32,000 nt of DNA from an uncultured archaeon. GTDB taxonomy: Archaea; Asgardarchaeota; Thorarchaeia; Thorarchaeales; Thorarchaeaceae. Below the pieces are notes generated by a model. The model worked only from the letters and a program-made list of their open reading frames with translations. It was not told the origin of the DNA and searched no databases. The position numbers and the translations under genes were made by a program. Positions 24,836 to 32,000 of this stretch are shown here, one piece after another; the stretch's first letter is position 1, and every line of letters begins with the position of its first letter. The stretch is from positions 60,001-92,000 of the forward strand of contig CAZYLT010000005.1 in assembly GCA_964648855.1 (NCBI GenBank), written 5' to 3'.

Positions 24836-25807
24836 TTGAGTATCTTGCCGCAAGGAGCGTTAATTGATAGAGGTCGTCAGAAGAATGTCAATGCTGTATA
24901 TGTCGTCATTGCCTTTGTAATTTCAGCCTATGGGATTTACGGATACTCTATGAATCCTACAATCAGTTTCTCTTCGTTGTTAGACACAATTTTTCTCTTG
25001 CTTGGGCTTCTTATCTTGTCAGCTATATTCGGTGCAATATCTAAACGTGCCATAGATTATATTCCTGGAACATGGGAGGAGTCAAAGAGTTGGATGGCTG
25101 TCGAAGAATATGAGGGGCTTGTTGAAAAGCATAACAAAGCATACCGCGGGATCTTAGGCGATACGAAGTCTAGCTGCAGCATCTGTTGCGGGCTGTTTTC
25201 CCTTCCAGTTATCGCTATTGGAATTTTCGTATACGGTGCATTTGCGCAGCCTCTCTTCAGCACGTACTTAGATATGCTGTTACTCCTTATCTTGTCGTAC
25301 CTCTTTGTCTGTGCAGTCGGCTTTTTGGGCGGATACAATGTGACTGGAACGGATGCTGACTTGCCTTTTGCAAAGCCTACAAAGGGGGCAGTCTTTCGCT
25401 ACATGGCGGCTTTGGATGATGTGGCTGATATTGACGCAGGCTTTGATGTTGTGATTGGAGCCAGAGACTCGTTCAAGGCCATTATGGAGTCTGAAGCAAA
25501 GGCGAGAGTATCTGGACTTCCTGATACCGCTGCTCTTAAGGTGCAAGTGACTTCCTCCGGTTTCGACTATCCCTATCTTGTTGGCACGATATACAAGGGG
25601 CCTCAGGTGGCCGAGAGAGAAGAACGATTCAATATTGGGGCACGATATCCTGCTCTCTTTGAGTACTCGATGGATGGAAACGTCACAATCATAGTGGGTA
25701 GGTTTGATATCCCTAAGAGAACGAGTAGCGTTCCGCGTATCTCTGAGTCAGACTTCAAAGCTTTAGGCAGGTTCATGGCTGCCAAGATGAAGGAATTACA
25801 TGAATAG
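24836..25807 (+). CDS. Uncharacterised 4-TM membrane protein (paralog 3)
   Basis: Same architecture; ISKRAIDYIP and ARVSGLP motifs; TTG start. Confidence 0.8.
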   Translation: MSILPQGALIDRGRQKNVNAVYVVIAFVISAYGIYGYSMNPTISFSSLLDTIFLLLGLLILSAIFGAISKRAIDYIPGTWEESKSWMAVEEYEGLVEKHNKAYRGILGDTKSSCSICCGLFSLPVIAIGIFVYGAFAQPLFSTYLDMLLLLILSYLFVCAVGFLGGYNVTGTDADLPFAKPTKGAVFRYMAALDDVADIDAGFDVVIGARDSFKAIMESEAKARVSGLPDTAALKVQVTSSGFDYPYLVGTIYKGPQVAEREERFNIGARYPALFEYSMDGNVTIIVGRFDIPKRTSSVPRISESDFKALGRFMAAKMKELHE

Positions 25808-25885
25808 CATTGATAGAGAATAGACATCTTTAATACTGGCACCACCACGATGTGGCCTACAGAATGGGCAACAGAAGGAGATTAG

Positions 25886-26194
25886 ATGAATACCGCCAAT
25901 TGGACCAACAAGTGGATTCTAGCCTTTATTGCTGGACTAGCTATTCAAGCAATCTTCTATCCATATATCGCATTTCTAAAACCTGAAGACTTTGCGAGCC
26001 ATCTTTATTTCTATGATGTCTGTACTATTGCTTTCTTTTCACTTGCAGTCCAAGTAGTCGGTTTTCTCATCATAATGAGAAAAACAAAGAATGAAGATCC
26101 CTCAATCTATGGCCAGGGTCGACCTTTTCAGCATAAACTGAGAGAAGAAGATGCAGACTTGGCTGACAGAAAACCCACTTACGCTGAAGAATAA
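25886..26194 (+). CDS. Small 2-TM membrane protein
   Basis: AGGAG SD; two hydrophobic segments and a charged tail. Confidence 0.7.
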   Translation: MNTANWTNKWILAFIAGLAIQAIFYPYIAFLKPEDFASHLYFYDVCTIAFFSLAVQVVGFLIIMRKTKNEDPSIYGQGRPFQHKLREEDADLADRKPTYAEE

Positions 26195-26230
26195 CCGTCA
26201 TAGAGTGCTTTGCTGCCGTGTTTGTTTCAT

Positions 26231-27064
26231 TTACCAGGAAATTCCCGGATACATTCTTGGAGGAATATGATCTGGGATAAATCCTGGAAACCACATTTCT
26301 ACTAGGGGCAAATACGGGGCCAATAGCAGCGTTGCCGCCACTAAGATGGCAAATGTCAGTGTATGAACGGCAGTCACATAGGTGTAGTAAGGCCGTATAT
26401 AGCTGTAGAATGCAAATGCTGGAATAGATAATGCTGCCATTGCCATGATCTCTACCGGGGAGAAGAAGAAGGGCATCGAAATTGGCCACAGGAAATAGAA
26501 TATCCATGTTATTGCTTCACTAGATGTTTCATGATGAGCTATCTTGTGAATCCCGTCTACCCCCTGACTGAGGAAGAATACAGGGACAAGCAACCACCAT
26601 TGTAGTCCTACGAAGAACATTGCTCCGGCGTAGAAGAGAAGGTCTCCAAAGCTCTCGAACCTCTCCCATAGAGGATTGCGTGAAAAGAACTCAGTGGCTT
26701 CAGTCATGAAATACCCGATCATCTGCATCAATACCAAAATCGGTAGGAAGAAGAAAGAAACAGCTATCATTACGACAGCGGCCCTTGGCAAGTCTGGAAT
26801 CTTCCCCTCATGATAGTTGTCAAGTGGATAAATTCCATGCAAGGTAAAAGCTGTAACTAGTGCTAGAATTCCACTTGGAAGGAAATAGAGTGGTTGTGCC
26901 AATAACGACAACGGCCCCAGAAACGAATATACATTGGTGGTGAGAGATGATGGATTGAGGTACCAGACGCCAAAGACCACAAGCAACTCTGGTATCAGCA
27001 TCTTTAACCTATAATCTTGGATGAATTTCATAATTGGACCAGGTTCGGCACTCTCATCAACCAA
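26231..27064 (-). CDS. Polytopic membrane protein of unknown function
   Basis: 277 aa with about 6-7 hydrophobic segments; the TTG start is uncertain. Confidence 0.75.
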   Translation of the reverse strand: MVDESAEPGPIMKFIQDYRLKMLIPELLVVFGVWYLNPSSLTTNVYSFLGPLSLLAQPLYFLPSGILALVTAFTLHGIYPLDNYHEGKIPDLPRAAVVMIAVSFFFLPILVLMQMIGYFMTEATEFFSRNPLWERFESFGDLLFYAGAMFFVGLQWWLLVPVFFLSQGVDGIHKIAHHETSSEAITWIFYFLWPISMPFFFSPVEIMAMAALSIPAFAFYSYIRPYYTYVTAVHTLTFAILVAATLLLAPYLPLVEMWFPGFIPDHIPPRMYPGISW

Positions 27065-27184
27065 CAGTTACACCTACCTATATAGCACAGGAGTGCCTCC
27101 AGTAACCTCTCTTAAGCGTATCCCTCCTATGTGTGAACCGTAAATTGGTATGACCCAAAATCTGCAACTGGAATGATGACACTC

Positions 27185-28210
27185 CTAAGAAAACGATTTC
27201 AATATATCCGGATATTCCTCGCTTAGCTGATGGATTTTTCTTGTTAGTACGCGACTTGCCCCCGATAGACCGCATTGTGTTGAAATCATGGAGTTGGAAA
27301 TGAGCAAGTCAGTGTCGACGCCCACTTCTTGGAATAGGTCAATAGTCCTATGGAGATTCCGTTTCAGATCCTGAAGAACGCTGTCCTTAATCCCATCATC
27401 GGTATTCGGTATCAATCCTAGCGCAAATGCTCCACCTTTTTCCATGAAGCGATTTATCTCTTCAGCGTGTTGACTGGAGATTTCCGGAGGATAGCTTATC
27501 AAATCTATATGAATGATTTTGGACATACCTTGCCATAGCAAATAGCGCTCGTTGAGCTCAGCCAGACGCCAGTCCCCACAATAGTGATACGCTGAAATGA
27601 CTTTTTCAGGATAAATCTTGTCAACCGAGTCTGCCAGGTCTTTTATACTGAATTCCTCAAGCAACCCTCTTCTCATATCCTCCAATATGAGTGCCATAGA
27701 GGGGTCATCTTGGCATAGGACTATTTCGTCTGCGTAGTTATCAAGATGCCACCTAATTCCCTCCCCAATCCGGTTCATTAGGGCTTCAAAAAACGGAAGC
27801 ACATGTGCAGATAGGAGTTTCTTTCCATCATGGCTCCTAATATTGTACGCCATCGTAACGGGAGCTGTAATCTGTGTCTTGATAATGCTATATTCCTGCT
27901 TCTCTACCATCGAATAAAGACTGGGGAAGTTTTTCCTTGGTGGAATCAACGGGTCGGAACTCTGCAACGTTTCACGATAGACATGAATGTCGGGTTCCCA
28001 GAGAAAATCTCCTTCTTCCTCAAAACCATCGATGAGCACTGCAAACTGTCTTATCATATCTTCTTCTTTGTTGGAAGGAATTTGAAATGTATAAGGAAGA
28101 GCTAGCTGGCTCACGTAGGTAAGGGGTTTGGAGTGTTCTGTTTCACCAACACTTCCAACGCCAAAGAATTCGCCTTCTAGTTTCTCAGGCAGCTTCGACG
28201 TGGTCAACAT
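27185..28210 (-). CDS. Core methionine synthase-like protein (stand-alone MetE catalytic domain; putative corrinoid:homocysteine methyltransferase)
   Basis: GVGSV, FQIP..EDMIRQF, KTQITAPVT, QDDP, Zn-ligand-like HYC, HID and TQCGL, ALGLIPNT; no folate-binding N-terminal half. Confidence 0.7.
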   Translation of the reverse strand: MLTTSKLPEKLEGEFFGVGSVGETEHSKPLTYVSQLALPYTFQIPSNKEEDMIRQFAVLIDGFEEEGDFLWEPDIHVYRETLQSSDPLIPPRKNFPSLYSMVEKQEYSIIKTQITAPVTMAYNIRSHDGKKLLSAHVLPFFEALMNRIGEGIRWHLDNYADEIVLCQDDPSMALILEDMRRGLLEEFSIKDLADSVDKIYPEKVISAYHYCGDWRLAELNERYLLWQGMSKIIHIDLISYPPEISSQHAEEINRFMEKGGAFALGLIPNTDDGIKDSVLQDLKRNLHRTIDLFQEVGVDTDLLISNSMISTQCGLSGASRVLTRKIHQLSEEYPDILKSFS

Positions 28211-29933
28211 TGTTCCCCTTTCTAGACTCAGATTTTCTCTTGACGACTCGATTGCAGGAATGAATGGCCGGGCAGCCTATACACGCCTCAGGTACGTCTG
28301 AAACCGACTGTTCCCCATATAACAAGAGATTTTCATCGATATCTTGTGTTTCAGGAATGGTTCTCCTTCTATCCTTAATATCTTCGCGGTCAACATGGCA
28401 TTTCAAATCTCGCATCTCTTCGACGAATTCGCTCATTTTTCCCTGGATGACTGCCGCCGTGGGTCCCACTCTCTTCACAACATATTCCTTGAATTCATCC
28501 AATAACATTAGATGTTCCATGTCTCTCTCTGATTCAGTTTCAAATAGAGTGACTTTGTCTAATGAGGCGAAAATTGTCTGAGAGGTCCAATCCTTGATGG
28601 ACCTTGACACATTTGCAGGGATTGGTTTGCTACTCTCATTATCCAGAAATTCAATAATCTCTTTATCCCTAATCCCCATTTCCACAGCTTGGAAAATCGA
28701 TTGTTCAGTGATTTTGAAAGTACTCACAACATCAGTCCGAACTGGTTCAGATAATAGCATGAGTTTGTAAAGTTTGAAATACCCCATCTCTGAAGTGAAT
28801 ACAGTCATTTCGAAGTTTGGTTGAACAATAAATGTATCATGTGGTCTTGCATTTTCACGGGGTTCCCTTGCAATGACCGTTTCACCAACATCAGTTAGTT
28901 TGACAGCATGAAGCGCTTTTCCGGAATAACCTCCTTCGAGCAGACCAAGCAATATCGGATTCTCCAGAGCCATTGCTACGCGGTCTTCAGAAACTTGAAT
29001 CCATTTTAGGGGCTCTCTCTCCAGGAATAGCTCACTCCGTATCCACTCTCTCATTTCTTGGACCGTAATCCATTCCTCACTATTGCTATCTCTTAAACGA
29101 CAGATTATGAGATTGAGTGTGTATTCTGTGGGTTGTTCTGCCGTAGCCCATATAGCTCGAGTTCTTCCCAAGGCTGAAAGAAGAATTCGCTTGGAAACCT
29201 CCTCTTGGCATCCAGCAAATAAGGCCTTCACTTTCCCGGGAACAACCCGGTCTTTGTCTACAATTTCATAAGCTCCCGCTTTCCTAGCTAAACGTTGAAC
29301 CAAATCAAAACGGTCTTCCGTTGTTTCGGACATTGCCTCAACTATTGCATCTATATCTCTTTTCGGAAATTCCCATGAGCTTGTCATTTTCACATCATTT
29401 TTGGCAAGATACGATACTAGGAGAAGCATGTCAACAAGCATAGCATCTCGCTCATTTACAATCGTCTTCACCTTTGATGGTTTTTCCGGGTCGATTTCTG
29501 GCTTTCTCGCAAAGTATTCCTCCAAATGAGGCAAGAAGAAGTCTAGAATCTTGAACTCAGCTACTTCCCTCCCGGTCTCCGTTAATCTAGACATGGTTCT
29601 GCGAATTATGATTCCCCTTTTCCGAAGGTCTCTTTCCGTCTGATTTAGTTGCCCGTAGCTGTATATCTTTCTATACGGTTTCAGCCTATCATAGCTCATG
29701 GCTCCCCCATTGAGCGTGAGCATTCCAAGGAGATCCTTCTCTTTGTCTGAAAAGGTCGAGAATATTCTCTTTCTCTCCTCAAGACTTCTCATCTTCTTAG
29801 CTAGTAGCTCCGAGAGCTGAGTCCCTGACTTGCTGGAGCTAACATCAATTCCCCAGTATTGACATGCAACAATCAGGTCTTCTCTGAACATATGCTCTAA
29901 TTCTTCTTCAAGGCGCTCTTTTGGCATCATCAT
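28185..29933 (-). CDS. Helicase-associated (Helicase_C_3 / XPB-NTD / Tfb2-p52-like) domain protein
   Basis: IVQPNFEMTV...FKITEQSIFQAVEMG....IIEFL......IPANV...IKDW is the Helicase_C_3 pattern. No helicase motifs are present. C-terminal CIGCPAIHSC. Confidence 0.75.
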   Translation of the reverse strand: MMMPKERLEEELEHMFREDLIVACQYWGIDVSSSKSGTQLSELLAKKMRSLEERKRIFSTFSDKEKDLLGMLTLNGGAMSYDRLKPYRKIYSYGQLNQTERDLRKRGIIIRRTMSRLTETGREVAEFKILDFFLPHLEEYFARKPEIDPEKPSKVKTIVNERDAMLVDMLLLVSYLAKNDVKMTSSWEFPKRDIDAIVEAMSETTEDRFDLVQRLARKAGAYEIVDKDRVVPGKVKALFAGCQEEVSKRILLSALGRTRAIWATAEQPTEYTLNLIICRLRDSNSEEWITVQEMREWIRSELFLEREPLKWIQVSEDRVAMALENPILLGLLEGGYSGKALHAVKLTDVGETVIAREPRENARPHDTFIVQPNFEMTVFTSEMGYFKLYKLMLLSEPVRTDVVSTFKITEQSIFQAVEMGIRDKEIIEFLDNESSKPIPANVSRSIKDWTSQTIFASLDKVTLFETESERDMEHLMLLDEFKEYVVKRVGPTAAVIQGKMSEFVEEMRDLKCHVDREDIKDRRRTIPETQDIDENLLLYGEQSVSDVPEACIGCPAIHSCNRVVKRKSESRKGNNVDHVEAA

Positions 29934-30096
29934 TCACTTCAACAAATTGAGGAATTGCAAACAAGCGACCATAAATTATGACAATATGATGCTTACGGTA
30001 TGTCCAATGGACCTAAGTGATTCGCGTTATAAAAGATGACAGAAGTATGTTACATTAGGGGCATGCTTATTTTGTCAAGGCAAGATTCTGATATAG

Positions 30097-31203
30097 GTGT
30101 TTCAGTTGGAGCCTCTGCTTTGGTGTGTAAAGTATCGTCCAAAAACATGGGAGCAATTCTATGACCAAGAGATGGCAATTTCACAATTGAAAAACTATGC
30201 TTCGTCCAAGGTATTTCCGAATCTCATATTGTATGGACCCTCAGGCACTGGAAAAAGTGCTGCAGCGCGAGTTTTTGCTGAACAGATTTTAGAGGATACA
30301 TTTCATTCAAATTACAAGAATCTCAATATTCGTGACATCAGAAATTACCCAGTTACTAAGGCAAAACGGAATATTAAGAAAATAGCAAAACTGAGTCGAG
30401 ATCAGAGAAGCGAACTTGATGAGTATATGTCCATCGTTTTTAGGGAAGCCAAAGCTGCACGAAAGCTAAGAGGCGAGTCAGGCAATCCCAACCGAAGCCA
30501 ACTACTGCATGAAGCCATCTGTCTTTTTGCTTCGACAATAACCGTCAGTGATGAGCTTGTGAAGATTCTGGTGCTTGATGAAGCAGATGCGCTAGATAAC
30601 AATATGCAACAAGCCCTAAGACGAACCATGGAGATATATTCAGATGCCACACGATTCATTTTCATTACCCCCTCCCTTTCTGGCTGGAATCCAGCTATTG
30701 TATCCCGATGCTTAGTGGTTAAATTCAGGTCAGGTTCAATTGAGGTATTGCGCGACTTAGTCCGGGATATCGCAAAGAAGGAGAATGTCGAGGTCGATGA
30801 ATCTGGAGTAAATGCGATAGCTCGCGAGGCCAAAGGGGATTTCAGGAGAGCCATAAACTTGCTTCAGGTATCTGCTTCAGTGGGGCGGCGTGTCAATGAA
30901 GATATTGTGTATGAATATTCAGAAACCCTACTTGATTCAGAGATTCGAGAAATAGTATCTTTGTCACTTGCTGGTAAGTTCACAAAAGCGCGCAAAAAGC
31001 TTCGATCTCTTCTCGCACTTGAAGGGTACAGCCCACAAAAAGTGATTCTCGCCATTCAAGCAGAAGTGGTGAATCGGCCATTTGAAAATGAGGTCGTCTC
31101 TAAAGCTCTGAAACAAATTGCAGAAATCGACTTCAGAATGACTCAAGCTAGGAATCCCTTTATTCAACTGGAAGCACTACTTGCTTCATTTGGCAATCTA
31201 TAG
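30097..31203 (+). CDS. rfcS: Replication factor C small subunit-like protein with ~50-aa insertion
   Basis: WCVKYRP, GPSGTGKS, LDEADAL, QQALRRTME, SRC, GDFRRAINLLQ, IQLEALLA. Confidence 0.9.
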   Translation: MFQLEPLLWCVKYRPKTWEQFYDQEMAISQLKNYASSKVFPNLILYGPSGTGKSAAARVFAEQILEDTFHSNYKNLNIRDIRNYPVTKAKRNIKKIAKLSRDQRSELDEYMSIVFREAKAARKLRGESGNPNRSQLLHEAICLFASTITVSDELVKILVLDEADALDNNMQQALRRTMEIYSDATRFIFITPSLSGWNPAIVSRCLVVKFRSGSIEVLRDLVRDIAKKENVEVDESGVNAIAREAKGDFRRAINLLQVSASVGRRVNEDIVYEYSETLLDSEIREIVSLSLAGKFTKARKKLRSLLALEGYSPQKVILAIQAEVVNRPFENEVVSKALKQIAEIDFRMTQARNPFIQLEALLASFGNL

Positions 31204-31217
31204 TCTAGTCGGACAGA

Positions 31218-31526
31218 CTAGCGCAGAGGTTCTATTGACCGATCTACACTAATCTCTCGCTTGAAGACGTGAACTTGGTTAGGCGAAAGGTCTTGCTGGT
31301 CAAATAGGAAAGTGGACCTGATCTGTTTCCCGCTTTTTTCTATCATACCTTTGGACAACGCGATTGTTAACATCCTTCTCACTACGGATGGTCTTGCATA
31401 CCGGCACCTAAACGATAGGAACTCCACAGCATCTTCTATATCCATAGCACTTCCTCTCTTTCTAAAGAGATGTGTCAAGATTAGGAGTAGATGACGTCCA
31501 TTCATACGCGGCTTGCGTATAGTCAT
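31218..31526 (-). CDS. DUF2240-like archaeal protein
   Basis: The pattern F-x-x-x-G....FLSF....P......A...G.I.......TF resembles the DUF2240 N-terminal region (recognised from memory). Confidence 0.55.
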   Translation of the reverse strand: MTIRKPRMNGRHLLLILTHLFRKRGSAMDIEDAVEFLSFRCRYARPSVVRRMLTIALSKGMIEKSGKQIRSTFLFDQQDLSPNQVHVFKREISVDRSIEPLR

Positions 31527-31564
31527 CCTTTAAGTAGTTTAAGCAAAACCATCCTTCGAAGGCC

Positions 31565-32000
31565 ATGAGACGCGGTCCGAAGCATGTACACGGGCATTCC
31601 ATTACCCGCCTTAATCATCTGCTTCAGGTGCAGCTGGATGAAGTAAGTGATATTACTCTGACAGGTGCTGCACTCGGAGGTTGGTCCAATCTTAACCTCT
31701 TGGCGCGCAAAAACGAAGACATGTTTGTCGTCAAGTTCCCGCCGCTTCACATAACATATTCAGAGAATCCGTACAATTACCAGTACCAAATTCTGAATGA
31801 ACTGGAGCCTCTCAAAATTGGACCTAAACCAATCCAAATAGGGCGATTAGCGGACTCCAGAAATACGCCTTTTCTGATACTCAAATACATGCAGGGTGAA
31901 CTCATTAACTCTCTTGACCAGCTTAATGAGAAGAAAGCCAAAATTCTGGACGAAACTCTGTTGCTTCTCAATGACTCGACACTGAAACCCCTGAAAGCAT
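31565..32000 (+). CDS. Aminoglycoside phosphotransferase / choline kinase-like protein, 3'-partial (not in ORF track)
   Basis: Manual translation from ATG 31565 stays open to the window end: ...LGGWSNLNLL...FVVKFP...YQILNELEPLKIGPKPI...PFLILKYMQGE (kinase N-lobe). TTTAAG boxes lie 25-35 nt upstream. Confidence 0.75.
   Translation, partial: MRRGPKHVHGHSITRLNHLLQVQLDEVSDITLTGAALGGWSNLNLLARKNEDMFVVKFPPLHITYSENPYNYQYQILNELEPLKIGPKPIQIGRLADSRNTPFLILKYMQGELINSLDQLNEKKAKILDETLLLLNDSTLKPLKA

Noticed and set aside
30328-30525. Intein in RFC
   Set aside because: Too short, lacks the C/S start and HN end, and is not at the Walker A site
1475-31494. Numerous short alternative-frame and antisense ORFs in the track (e.g. 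23428-23925, 26070-26507, 27078-27275, 30402-30854)
   Set aside because: They overlap well-supported genes and show no recognisable motifs
31523-31971. Minus-strand ORFs 31523-31750 and 31777-31971
   Set aside because: They are shadows of the plus-strand kinase-like gene starting at 31565

Overview
Archaeal chromosomal window. An Asgard origin (probably Thorarchaeia) is inferred from gene content and style, not from a database search. The first 12.6 kb are the 5'-truncated remainder of a giant (>4188 aa) single-pass surface protein: a DUF2341+LamG module, many ~100-aa beta-rich Ig-like domains including an exact 300-nt tandem array and a duplicated five-domain super-repeat, one TM helix and a 243-aa cytoplasmic tail. 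The rest encodes a RadA paralog, a Zn-ribbon protein, a GcvH-like lipoyl carrier, a Cdc6/Orc1 paralog, a GlcD/GlcF-like dehydrogenase pair, an M28-fold membrane protein with DxDxDG repeats, malic enzyme, two BCP peroxiredoxins, three tandem paralogous 4-TM proteins of unknown function, two more membrane proteins, a core (MetE C-terminal-like) methionine synthase, a Helicase_C_3/Tfb2(p52)-like protein, an RFC small subunit with a ~50-aa insertion, a DUF2240-like protein and a 3'-truncated APH/choline-kinase-like gene absent from the ORF track. Highlights are three apparent pseudo-enzymes (RadA, Cdc6, M28), the trio of paralogous membrane proteins, the receptor-like giant protein, and a structured RNA element plus an operator-like palindrome flanking the bcp pair. 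No rRNA, tRNA, CRISPR array or mobile element was recognised.
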